DNA from: Octopus bimaculoides
Taxonomy: Eukaryota
Length of the DNA stretch: 63,713 bases
Assembly: GCF_001194135.2 (NCBI RefSeq)
Contig: NC_068993.1
Span: 60,220,627 to 60,284,339, forward strand
Reading direction: 5' to 3'
Part shown: piece after piece, positions 1 to 11,307 of the stretch
How the letters are laid out: each line of letters opens with the position of its first letter
Position numbering within the stretch: position 1 is the first letter of the stretch
Translations under genes and position numbers: made by a program
The notes under the pieces: model-generated
Seen by the model: the letters and a program-made list of their open reading frames with translations, nothing else
What the model was told of the DNA's origin: nothing
Database searches by the model: none

Positions 1-271
1 ATATACACACACACACAAGGGTGGTTTACTGAGACGGGAGGTTGCGCATTTTTTCGCATCGATGTACGATAAACTAAAAAGTTCGTTTTATATTTCACAG
101 TAGGCCACTAGGGTTGCCGAGTATGCGAATAAGAATACAAGAGACATGGAATGGAGTGGATAAGACTATACACACACACACACACACACACAGACACACA
201 CACACACACAGACACACATATATATGTATATATATATATATATGAATTAATGACATATGTATATTCTTCTA

Positions 272-470
272 TTCTTTTGTTTCAGTTATTTGACTGTGGC
301 CATGCTGCGACACCGCCATTAGTCGAACGAATCGCCCCTTAACACTCATTCTTTGTAAGCCTAGTACTTACTCTATCGGGGTTTTTTGCCGAACCGCTAG
401 ATTACGGGAACGTACACACACCATCATCGGTTGTCAAGCGATAGTGGGGGACAAATACAGACACACAAAC
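272..470 (-). mobile_element. SINE-A, 3' half
   Basis: Matches the 3' half of the full copies at 10771-11192 and 31714-32090 (tttcagt..tgactg.ggccatgctg..caccgcc; gtaagcctagtactt; catcggttgtcaagcga). Confidence 0.9.
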
Positions 471-557
471 ATATACATGTGTGTGTGTGTGTGTATGTGT
501 GTGTGTGTGTGTGTATGTGTGTGCCCTTATATTTTTATGTGTATATATGTATGAATT

Positions 558-590
<33 letters not shown>

Positions 591-1014
591 ATGTTGAAAT
601 TTACAGAAAAACAAAAGATGAAGACAGTATGTATGTATATTGTATATACATGCATATATGCATGCATCCGTAATTATTGTGACATAACGTGTGTGCATGC
701 GAATATATACTATATACCTATCTATCTATATGTACATTTAGATATGAATACGTGCGTTTGTGTTTATGTTTGTACATATATATTGTATATATAAACATTT
801 ACATGTGTATTGCTGTGCATGTTATATAAATAATCGCTAAAATTGCCAACTTTTCAACATCGTGACCGCCATTGTCGGTGGTTTAGTTTGTGTGAGAAAG
901 ATGTTTATGAATATTTATACGGGTGTATACGGTATACATGCATGCTAACAACTTTGCCATCATACACACAAATGCGTATATGTGTATTTATGTGTGCATA
1001 TATTCACAGATGCA

Positions 1015-1200
1015 AGATCGTTAGGTCGTGGTTTCCATTCTGGGACTAGGCGGTACGTTTTGCCTTTGACCAAGGTACTTCGTCCCTCTCAGATTACGGG
1101 TACTCCAGTGAAAATGAGTACCAGTGCTAACTGAGTTATTTCTACAAGGGGGAAGCACCCTGTCGAACAGGGGTGGGCATTATGCTCTCAGTTGATTAGG
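1015..1200 (+). mobile_element. Degenerate tRNA-type SINE remnant
   Basis: Eroded B-box-like ggtttccattc, followed by ctttgaccaaggtactt and aaaatgagtaccagt, which resemble central SINE domains seen elsewhere in the window. Confidence 0.35.
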
Positions 1201-1690
1201 CACCACGTTAAGAGGGGTAAGTTTTGGTTCATAAATCTTCAACTTTTATAACACACACACACATACACCCGGTCATGCACGTACACATACACTTAGAAGC
1301 ACTCCTACACACAAAAAAAACCCAAAAAAACAATCACACCACACCTACATACTCATCGGCATGTATATATAAATATATAAGTTGGATATGATTAAAAAAT
1401 TACTCACCTGATGTGAATACAGGCCGTACGATGACATGCTTTTCGATTGTCTGTCTGTGTGTCAGTCAGTCAGTCTGTTACTTTCTGTGTATTTGGGAGT
1501 GCATTTGTGTGTGTGTGTGTGTGTGTCTGTCTGTGTGTGCGTGCGCGCGTGTATGCGTGCGTGCACCTGTGTGTCAGTTTGTCATTAATAAAGTTATCCT
1601 TCGCTGAATCGTGATGTACACACGTACACATGCAGCACACATGTGCATACATTCATGAATGTCCATACACGCACACACACACAATATATA

Positions 1691-1744
<54 letters not shown>

Positions 1745-2147
1745 ANNNNNNNNNNNNNNNNNNNNNNNNNNNNNNNNNNNNNNNNNNNNNNNNNNNNNNN
1801 NNNNNNNNNNNNNNNNNNNNNNNNNNNNNNNNNNNNNNNNNNNNNNNNNNNNNNNNNNNNNNNNNNNNNNNNNNNNNNNNNNNNNNNNNNNNNNNNNNNN
1901 NNNNNNNNNNNNNNNNNNNNNNNNNNNNNNNNNNNNNNNNNNNNNNNNNNNNNNNNNNNNNNNNNNNNNNNNNNNNNNNNNNNNNNNNNNNNNNNNNNNN
2001 NNNNNNNNNNNNNNNNNNNNNNNNNNNNNNNNNNNNNNNNNNNNNNNNNNNNNNNNNNNNNNNNNNNNNNNNNNNNNNNNNNNNNNNNNNNNNNNNNNNN
2101 NNNNNNNNNNNNNNNNNNNNNNNNNNNNNNNNNNNNNNNNNNNNNNN

Positions 2148-2192
<45 letters not shown>

Positions 2193-2459
2193 CACAAACA
2201 CAGGCACACACATAGTCTAAACAATCACACACGCACACAAACACGCATACACTTATATGAATGTATGTCTGTATGTATACACATATATAGATGCGTGTGT
2301 ACGTGTGTGTGTGTACACACGGGTTAGGTTGAATGTATGATAAGAATATTACCTTCCCACCAAGGTAAATTAACACCTCACATAGACACAACACACTCGT
2401 TCACAACTGCTGCTGCGGCTGTCGCGGCCGTTATTATTATTATTATTATTGTTTGTGCA

Positions 2460-2490
<31 letters not shown>

Positions 2491-2559
2491 CTGTCGTGTT
2501 ATTGTTATTATTAGTTGTATGTTTCTATTATCATTTGCCACTGATTGAGTATACCTAAG

Positions 2560-3250
2560 ATGACAGCTATTCCAGCCGTAACCATCCACACTGAGTCCGA
2601 TGTAAAGGTAGTTTTAGGACAGCTTATCTAACGTCTTCTTTACTTAAGGTAGTTTGTGATTTGAGGGAGGACTGGTAGCTATTTCTAGGATGTCGTGTGG
2701 CCACGTGTTGAACCCCTTCGTTGTTTCTTTTAAACACACTTGTTGTTGTTGTTGCTGTTGTGAAAGTGACGAGCTTAGCAATATATTTCGTCCGGGTCTT
2801 TACGTTCTGAGTTCAAATTCTGACATTCGATGTCTATAAAAGAAGTACCAGTTGAAGTCTAGGGTCGATGTAATCGACTTTATACCTCAAAATTGCTGGC
2901 CTTGTGCCAAAATTTGAAATCATTATTATTATTATTATTATTATTAATGTCGTTTCCCTTGTTGCTGCTACTCATGTCGTTCATGTTGTGTATTGACAAT
3001 ATTCTGATTAATATAATTGCTTAACCCCAGGTCAGCTCCGATACGGCAGGCATCTGATCAATGCCGTTCCCAACGTGACCATCTTAGACTGCATTACCGA
3101 AAGGGTCCTTTATTTTCTAAAACTCTAAGATGTGATTAGAAGGACGTCTGACTGCTGTATCTAGCAGCTGATCAGATTTATTATTGAAGGCAACCCATCC
3201 CTGGCCATCCCCTATTTTATTCATGCAAAACGTGTCTGGGACCACATCAT
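2560..3250 (+). repeat. Two degenerate copies (about 2560-2720 and 3015-3250) of an unclassified interspersed repeat (family F)
   Basis: Shared blocks attccagccgtaaccatcc / gttcccaacgtgaccatct and gtgatttgagggaggactggtagctatttctag / gtgattagaaggacgtctgactgctgtatctag. Further copies near 21710-21790 and 22190-22290. Confidence 0.6.
2764..2946 (+). mobile_element. SINE-B, internally deleted, with (ATT)n tail
   Basis: B-box gagttcaaattc, aagtaccagttg..gggtcgatgtaatcgact, ccttgtgccaaaatttgaa, then (att)n. Confidence 0.85.
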
Positions 3251-3583
3251 TCTATTGTTGCCGCCATCTTATTTTAATGATGTTGTTATTATTGTGCTAT
3301 TGTAACAATAGAAAAATGTTATGGGAGTTATGAGTTTTTTCATATTGTTTGTGATGTTGCTTTACTTGTCGTTATTGTTGCTAATATTGTTGTAGTTGAT
3401 GCTGCAGCTGCTGTTGTTGTTTGTGTTTTATTGTTTTTGTTTGTATTATTGCTGCTGCTGATGATGATGATGCAATCGCTTTTTTTGTTGCTATTTGCAC
3501 TGTTATTGTTTTGATGATGTTCTTGCTGTTAAAGTATGTTAGATGATGATGATGATGATGATTGTTACTCTTTTACCTTTAAT

Positions 3584-3928
3584 CTTGTTTCAGTCATTAT
3601 ACTGCGGCCATGCTGGGGCACCACCTTCAAGAATGTTTAGACGAATGAATCGACGCCCAACACATTTTTGTAAAGGCTGGTACATATTCTATCGGCCGCT
3701 TTGGCCGAACCACAAAGTTACAGGGACGTAAAAACACCCACACAGGTCGTTACACAGACACAAAGAGACACACACACACACACAAACGACGGGCTTCTTT
3801 TAGTTTCCATCTACCAAACCCACTCGCAGGGATTAGCTCAGCACAGGACTATAGTAGAAGATACTTGCACAAGGTGACACGCAATGGGACTGAACCCAGA
3901 ACCATGTGACTGGGAAGGAAGCTTCTTT
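3584..3928 (-). mobile_element. SINE-A, near full length with internal deletion
   Basis: 3' block gtttcagtcattatactgcggccatgctggggcacc, central (AC)n, then cttctttagtttccatctaccaaacccactc and the head gggactgaacccagaaccatgt. Confidence 0.9.
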
Positions 3929-4166
3929 ATTTCATGACATTGGCCATAATGGCCGTACAAAGATTAAGAAGAAGCTGCTGGCTAGACAAATACATTAATG
4001 AGATGAAATGATAACGAAAATGAGTAAAAATGAGAGGGGTATCGGCGCCCGCCGACCGATAACCCCTCGAAAACAGTTCATTTAAACATTTTAACAATTA
4101 AAATTTCACAGGAGGTTTCTTACTACACAGCCACACCAACACACACAAACATACGTATCAATAATA

Positions 4167-4360
4167 TTTCAAATTTTTGCCACAGGAGAAGCTTGTGGGG
4201 AGGTGGAGATGAGTCGATTACATCGACCCAATGTTCAACTGGTACTTATTTTATCGATCCCGAAAGGATGAAAGGCAAAGTCGACCTCAGCGGAATTTGA
4301 ACTCAGAACGTAGCGAAGGGCGAAATACTGCTAAGCATTTCGTCCTGCGTGTAAACGATT
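4167..4360 (-). mobile_element. SINE-B
   Basis: ctggtacttattttatcgatcccgaaaggatgaaaggcaaagtcgacctc..aatttgaactcagaacg (reverse complement of the central domain and B-box). Confidence 0.92.
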
Positions 4361-4369
4361 ATGAAGAAC

Positions 4370-4401
<32 letters not shown>

Positions 4402-4470
4402 CGTACGTATGAGTGTCTGTGCGTGCGTGCGTGCGTGCGTGCGTATGTGTGTGTGTGTGTGTATGTGATT

Positions 4471-4659
4471 GTGTTTGTCCCCCACCACTGCTTGACGACC
4501 GCTGTTGGTGTGTTTACGTCCCAGCAACTTAACGGTTCGGCAAAGAGATCAATAGAAAAAGTACCAGGTTTAAAAAATAAATACTAAGGTCGATTTATTC
4601 GACTAAAAACTGTTCCGGGTGGCGCCCCAGCATGGCCACAGTCTAATGACTGAAACAAG
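4471..4659 (+). mobile_element. SINE-A, 3' half
   Basis: gtttgtcccccaccactgcttgacgacc...cagcatggccacagtctaatgactgaaacaag. Confidence 0.9.
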
Positions 4660-4694
4660 CATATGTACGATATAAACATGCATATATAAACATA

Positions 4695-4738
<44 letters not shown>

Positions 4739-4953
4739 AACTTATATATACGCTATAAACATGCATCCGTACACACGCATTATTAACATTGTGTGATATC
4801 ACAACAAATATGATATCTCGAAGCATATGATATCTCGAAGCAGCCTGTCTTCTGGGATGTTAAGATACGGCTTTACGACACATCCACAGATTTCAAAACC
4901 TGCCATACATGACAATTTAACCTTTCATGGATCGCTGAAGGACCCTCTAAGTT

Positions 4954-5085
4954 CAGTAGTTTTTAATTGGGGTCCACATGACTGTTGAGGGTCCATACTT
5001 AGTTTTGTTGTTTAAATTTATCTTCTACAATGCTCAAAATATTTTAACAATTCTTTTATACGATTGAATCAAAGGGTTCTGTAGG
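4954..5085. mobile_element. hAT/Charlie-type MITE remnant
   Basis: cagtagtttttaattggggtccac matches the terminus at 63454 (cagtgattttcaactgaggtccac). Confidence 0.5.
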
Positions 5086-5761
5086 CAAATGATGTAGGCA
5101 AATCGCAAATACAAGCTAGCTTTTTAATAAAGGACACAATGGATAATGCAATCGAAGGTCGAATCGAGGGTTCAGACTAACAGTCAATACAGTCACGGAT
5201 AGAACGCCTTTGACCCATATCGTCCAAGGCGCTAACATACTGGATTTTGTATGGCCACGGCTAAAATATCCGCCTGGTCGGTGCTTGCATGTGTGTGTGT
5301 AGGAGTTTGGGTGGGGACAGGCCAAAACGCATTTACCTTTCATCTTTGTAAGGATGACAATAAAACAAGAATCAACCATCTCCTGGTTGATGATTATTAT
5401 GAAGGGATCCGTTTCATTAGGTTTGGACACCCGTAACACTCACCCCACCTCCAACCACACATACAAACACTTCATTAGAAAACTGCGGCCTTGGGCCGAA
5501 CGCTGAGAAATCAATATCATATCAAACTACATAATATTATTAGAGTATTAAATAGAAGCTCACCCACGTCACAATTATATCGTCATGTTACAATATGTTT
5601 CGTAATTATGGCGTCTAAATATTTAATTTCGGGAATTACATTTATCACATTTTCAACCTTGTTCTATTGTCCTCCATTTGCTTCTCTCCACCCCCTTCGA
5701 TTTCATTTTCTAACTCCTTTATTTTGCTATTTAACTTCTTTTTTTTTCTTTTTTAATGAAG

Positions 5762-5776
5762 CTGTTGTGCTACATG
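5762..5776 (+). other. Candidate 15-nt microexon (CTGTTGTGCTACATG) of an unidentified gene
   Basis: About 120 nt of pyrimidine-rich sequence with ttgc motifs and ctaac/ttaac branch-like sites, AG at 5760-5761, 15 nt with no stop in any frame, consensus donor GTAAGT at 5777-5782. Confidence 0.5.
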
Positions 5777-6109
5777 GTAAGTGTTGTTTGTTTTGTTTTA
5801 GTTCTGATGTGTGTATGTGTGTAGACATGGATATATATATNNNNNNNNNNNNNNNNNNNNNNNNNNNNNNNNNNNNNNNNNNNNNNNNNNNNNNNNNNNN
5901 NNNNNNNNNNNNNNNNNNNNNNNNNNNNNNNNNNNNNNNNNNNNNNNNNNNNNNNNNNNNNNNNNNNNNNNNNNNNNNNNNNNNNNNNNNNNNNNNNNNN
6001 NNNNNNNNNNNNNNNNNNNNNNNNNNNNNNNNNNNNNNNNNNNNNTGTTGAATTGATAAAGGATGGGTGGCGGGACAGAGAGGTTATTGTTGGATTGGAA
6101 AATGTGAAG

Positions 6110-6290
6110 CGATACTAGTGGTGGTGGTGGAGGTGTCGGTAGTGGCGGCGGAGGCGGTGACAGTGGTGATAGTGGTGACAGTGGGGGTGGTGGTGACAGT
6201 GGTAGTGGTGATGGTGACTGGTGCCGGTGGTGGTGGTGGTGCCGGCAGCGGTGGTGACGATGGTGATGGTGATGGTGGTGGTGGTGGTGT
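6110..6290. repeat. (GGT/GAT)n degenerate trinucleotide tract
   Basis: Direct reading. Confidence 0.9.
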
Positions 6291-6879
6291 ATGGAAGAAA
6301 TGACTGGAAATTTCGGAAAGTGTAAATGTTTGTATTACTTTACAAACACACACGTGTGTGTGTGTCTGTGTGTGTGTGTTTGTATATATGCACTGACGTT
6401 TGTACCTATCTATGTGTGTGTGCATGTGTGTGTATACGTAGAAATATACATATGCATTTATACATGCATACATGCACACGCATGCGTAAAAAAGGCGCAT
6501 ATATGTATATTTGCGTTGGTTCTCCATCCGTTTCGACGATGATTATTCAATGCTTCGATTTTTTGGACATGCGAGTCGTTGAATTAGTGTGTTTGTAGCC
6601 GAGTGTTCCACAGAAAAAAACACTTGTGTCTCTTTAATGCAATCCTCATGACTCAGTGTATGTGTTGAATAGATTCTAAGAGAGGGAAAGAGGTGAGGAA
6701 TTCAGCAGCAAGTAACACTGTGTAATGTTAAGAATTTCCTCTTCTCTGCCTATGGAACCAAAGATGGAGTTTGCTGGAAGCGGGTATGGGACATTTAGAA
6801 ACGATTACCTCCTTACTCTAAAGATATGACTAATGTAAACACACACAAACTTACATACGCCAGTATGCATATATGCACA

Positions 6880-6962
6880 CAGCCACGCGTATGCATATAT
6901 GCCACGCGTATGTACATACAGCTACGCGTATGTACATACAGCTACGCGTATGTACATACACG
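6880..6962. repeat. Minisatellite, about 20-bp unit (agctacgcgtatgtacatac), 3-4 copies
   Basis: Tandem units visible directly. Confidence 0.85.
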
Positions 6963-7220
6963 CATACATGCCTGACAGCATACTTACATACATACAAAGA
7001 CATGGAGCCATGAATACTCAACTAAGCCTAAACAGTTTATATAAAATGTAGATCTTCAGAAACCTAAATAGGGTGTTAATATGAAATGGAAGTGCCGTAA
7101 GTCTTTGAATCAAGGCTGTAGAATCACATTATGAAGATTGTGATTGGTTATCCAAGAGCAGAAGAGAGAGAACTATACAGATTGGACAGAAGCGACCCTG
7201 GAGTTCTTAAAGATATGAAG

Positions 7221-7562
7221 ATGCGGTCGTAGGATCACCGTTTCGATTCCCAGACCAGGCGTTGTACGTGTTTATTGGGCGAAAACACCTAAAGCTCCAC
7301 GAGGCTACGGCAGGGGGTAGTGGCGAACTCTGCTGTTCTCTTTCACAACTTTCTCCCACTCTTTCTTCTTGTTTCTGTTGTACCTGTATTTCAAAGGGCC
7401 AGCCTTGTCACACTGTGTCACGCTGAATCTCCTCGAGAACTACGTTAAGGGGACACGTGTCTGAGGAGCGCTCAGCCACTCGCACGTTAATTTCACGAGC
7501 GGACTGTTCTGTTGATTGGATCAACTGGAACCCTCCTCGTCGTAACCGACGGAGTGCTACAA
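7221..7562 (+). mobile_element. SINE-C, 5'-truncated head
   Basis: B-box gtttcgattccc, body cgaaaacacctaaagctccacgaggct, tail ggatcaactggaaccctcctcgtcgtaaccgacggagtgc; same as the full copy at 30021-30399. Confidence 0.92.
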
Positions 7563-7774
7563 TACGGGTAGATCTTTTTAATGTAGAGTAACATTTAACC
7601 GGCCGCCTATTTGGTACCAAGGTTGCAAAGGAAAGTATTTTCTTTCAACCATCATCCACGCACACACATGTATGTAAGTGTAAATGTATGGACATAGAAA
7701 GAAAATTACATAACACATAAAATTCGTTGGAGTAAATTAATTCTAAAAGCGTGTTTCTTTTCATTTCTCTAAAA

Positions 7775-7949
7775 CAGGTGTCCCCAAACTTTTTAGACCA
7801 TCGACCCCTCCATGGAATCCTTGACCCTTCATCGACCCTCGGGAATGTACAAGAAAATAAATAATAATTAAGGAGATGTGCATTTATCGACCCCTTGAAT
7901 AGTCCCATCGACCCCCAGGTGTCGATATCAACCACTTTGGAGACCCCTG
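7775..7949. mobile_element. hAT (Charlie-like) MITE with perfect 8-bp TSD
   Basis: TIRs caggtgtccccaaac / tttggagacccctg; identical flanks CTCTAAAA at 7767-7774 and 7950-7957; internal atcgaccc repeats. Confidence 0.9.
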
Positions 7950-8449
7950 CTCTAAAACATATTCAACATTGAAACACTTAGACAGATCACACAAATAATT
8001 AGTCTCAATGTTGCCGGGTCCTCCCCAGCTGTGTGTGCCTAAGGCCCGCGCTTCTTCATTCCGTCAAGCAATTATATATTTATATCATTCAATAAGGTTA
8101 GAAATACTTTCTTATATAAAATTAATATGTTCTCTGCTGTGTAACGTATTTCAACAGGTTCGCTAATTGTTGAATCTGGACCAACAGAAGATTTATTCGG
8201 AATATTGAACAACATACACGTACACAAGCGCACACACATAAATACATATGCAAACACACACACACATATACTTGCATGTGTATGTAATGTATGTATATAT
8301 ATATATATGTGTGTGTGTGTGTGATCTCTTCTGTTTTTAATTATTTAATTTCTTCCTCCAAGAAAGGAGCTGGTTTCCAATAACCATACAATGCTCCACC
8401 GCTGGAATGTAGAAAACGAAAACAATGTCACATTTAAAACTTCCATCGT

Positions 8450-8971
8450 ACCCTAGCATATAAAATGACAGGAGTTGAATGCTTTATATATATTTTATCA
8501 ACCACGTAAGGGAATTGAAGGCAAATATAGTCTCGTGGAATTGAATATGATACGCGTACAGCCGGAACGAAATATCGAATGCCATTTCGTCCGGCACAAT
8601 AGCGGACAGAGAACAAGGATGGTCTTCAAGCGACAAGTGACCATTCCTAAAGCGTAAAAACCACTCATAAACTTGTGTTTTGCTCATGGCAGCGTCCGTG
8701 TAAGCTGTTTGAGGCATGACAACCGTTTCGGCCGTCGTTTTCCCCAGCAGAAAACAGAATTTCACAGAAGCACGCTGTTCCTTCTTTTCAGCTATCGCAA
8801 AAATCGACGAACGGGAGAGAAGCATCACGTAGCAGTAAGACTTCATCCAATGACGCCGGTCGGCAGACTGGTACCTGAGGATCGTATCAAGTAGCTTCTA
8901 GCGGCAGAAGACTGAACTACAACGGGCTTGTCTAATAGAGAACGCTCCTAGTTATTTTTGCGTACCTCTTC

Positions 8972-8974
<3 letters not shown>
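8450..8974 (-). mobile_element. Internally deleted mariner remnant (transposase N-terminal HTH)
   Basis: ORF 8484-8846 contains EQRASVKFCFLLGKTTAETVVM..AY..AMSKTQVYEWFLRFRNG..SLED, a Mos1-type HTH. TIR-like end at 8941-8974 resembles the TIR at 51886-51916. Confidence 0.85.
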
Positions 8975-9033
<59 letters not shown>

Positions 9034-9034
9034 T

Positions 9035-9260
9035 ACATATGTGGGAAATTCTGTCTGTGGGTGTGTTTGTGGAGTTGTTAGCTAACTCCTCCTACATCGC
9101 TTTATCGATTTTCATGAAACTTGACACGTGAGCAGAATTCATGTTTGGAAACTTCATGACATATTCAGATTGTTGAAAAAAAATCGATGATAGGGCCCCT
9201 GGAAGAGATCCTTATATATAGCCAAGGGAAATAACCCATTCATTTCCCTAAATTATTTGG
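9035..9260 (+). mobile_element. Possible non-autonomous Helitron-like 5' portion
   Basis: Starts at a (TA)n tract, then ctgtctgtg..aactcctccta..atcgattttcatgaaacttg, a pattern typical of invertebrate non-autonomous Helitrons (from memory). No 3' CTAG end identified. Confidence 0.4.
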
Positions 9261-10387
9261 TATGCTTATTTCTTAGTATTTGAACTGTTAGAATTATTTT
9301 CGCAATTTATCCAGTATAACCCTTAAACAAATAGTATTTTCCTAAACAATAGATTCATTTATTTCGGTGAGTGACTTTTTCACGAATATACCAACACTAG
9401 CGCCCATGAGGGTAATATTCTCTGGGAACGCACAAAAGCCCTTTTCGGCTTTAAAGTTGTCTGTTAAAAGATATGTTACTGGGAGAATTTCCACTTCTCG
9501 TAGCATAAGGAGGGTTTTTTTTTCATACTGTAGGGTAAAATTGTAATTAACGATGATAAAATTTAGGGCGATATATCGCCTTTCCGCATTCAAAGAGTTA
9601 AAATATGGAACGTGGTATCTAGAGGAGTTAACATAGTTCAAAGATACAAAATAGTTAAATTAAACGAAGGTCTGAAGAAAGTAATCTGAAAATATGATGC
9701 CCGAACAAGTCTCCGACTCGGATGAATACGGGCCAGCGGTACATTCATTTGAACAATTATCACAGTTAAAAGCTTCCTGTAACAAACATGATCGAAGGTT
9801 TTCCTGACGTGAAGGACAATGAACATGCTTTTAACCGAGCGATCTCAAGGTCAAAGAAGCAGTGGAGTGTGACGGAGGAAAAAAAATGGTATCCAGTAAA
9901 TTTGACTCAGCAGGAAGCGAACTACCGATCACTTGTAAAGAGAAAATTATGTAAGAAAGCAAAAGAGAGATGGTAAGTTTATATACATCAAGTGTATCCA
10001 TGTGTGATTGTGTATATGAGAGNNNNNNNNNNNNNNNNNNNNNNNNNNNNNNNNNNNNNNNNNNNNNNNNNNNNNNNNNNNNNNNNNNNNNNNNNNNNNN
10101 NNNNNNNNNNNNNNNNNNNNNNNNNNNNNNNNNNNNNNNNNNNNNNNNNNNNNNNNNNNNNNNNNNNNNNNNNNNNNNNNNNNNNNNNNNNNNNNNNNNN
10201 NNNNNNNNNNNNNNNNNNNNNNNNNNNNNNNNNNNNNNNNNNNNNNNNNNNNNNNNNNNNNNNNNNNNNNNNNNNNNNNNNNNNNNNNNNNNNNNNNNNN
10301 NNNNNNNNNNNNNNNNNNNNNNNNNNNNNNNNNNNNNNNNNNNNNNNNNNNNNNNNNNNNNNNNNNNNNNNNNNNNNNNNNNNNNNN

Positions 10388-10499
10388 TAAATCAGTACCA
10401 GTTACGCACTGGTGTCGATGTAATTGACTTAATCCCTTTGTCTGTCCTCGTTTGCCCCCCCCCCCTATGTTTAGCCCCTTGTAGACAATAAAGAAATAT
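10388..10499 (+). mobile_element. SINE-B 3' part, variant tail, truncated by gap
   Basis: agtaccagttacgcactggtgtcgatgtaattgactt. Confidence 0.75.
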
Positions 10500-10683
10500 C
10501 AAGATTACGAAATACGTTACAGGAAAGCATTGGCTGCGATCTTCGAGAGATGTGACCAATACATTTCTAAGGTGGCTTTTTCTCATGAATAGAAAACGCT
10601 CGATTCTATTCGAGCATAATCCCAAGCAATTCCCCAATAATTGAAAATTACCTCTGAGGAACCTTACGGATTACTGTTTAGAC

Positions 10684-10995
10684 CAATGGCATTCAACCAT
10701 TTTTTGCTGGTGAATCCCCTTTGATTCTTGTTTTCCTTGGCAGGAACCTCGAAGTCATTCAGGAATTATTCTTTTACTTGTTTCACTCATTTGGCTGCGG
10801 CCATGCTGGAGCACCACCTTCAAAGGTTTTAGTCGAACAAATCGACCCCATGACTTATTCTTTGTAAGCCTAGTATTTATTTTATCTGTCTCTTTTCCCG
10901 AACCCCTAATTTACGGGGACGTAAACACACCAGCATCGGTTGTCAAGTGATGGTTTTGAGGACTAACTAAGACACAAAGACCAACACACTTAAAT

Positions 10996-11028
<33 letters not shown>

Positions 11029-11307
11029 CGATGGGCTTCTTTCAGTTTCCGTCTACCAAATCCACTCACAATGCTTTAGCTGACCAGAGGCTATAGTAGA
11101 AGACACTTGCCCAAGGTACCACGCAGTGGAGCTGAAAATAGAACCATGTGGTTGGGAAGCAAGCTTCTTACCACACAGCCACTCCTGCGCCTATTTTGCA
11201 TAAAAAAAACTTTGCTTAAATATTTTGTGGATTGCAGAAATGTAAGCAATTTATTGCACGTACATTTTAGAACAAGGTCTTATATGGACCGCGGTTGAGA
11301 AACACTG
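10684..11307. mobile_element. hAT (Charlie-like) MITE interrupted by a SINE-A
   Basis: TIRs caatggcattcaacc / ggttgagaaacactg; flanks GTTTAGAC (10676-10683) and GTTTCGAC (11308-11315) match at 7/8. Confidence 0.75.
10771..11192 (-). mobile_element. SINE-A, full length (tRNA-derived head, central CA microsatellite)
   Basis: Reverse complement begins AGGCGCAGGAGTGGCTGTGTGGTAAG (A-box), with a B-box-like segment, a ccttgggcaagtgtcttc core, and the conserved 3' half. Confidence 0.95.

Noticed and set aside
60-100. tacgataaactaaaaagttcg, resembling a mariner TIR
   Set aside because: No partner TIR or transposase sequence nearby; too short to support.
5143-5290. Protein-looking plus-strand frame (RGFRLTVNTVTDRTPLTHIVQGANILDFVWPRLKYPPG)
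   Set aside because: No usable acceptor downstream of the in-frame stop, a weak donor, and no family recognised.
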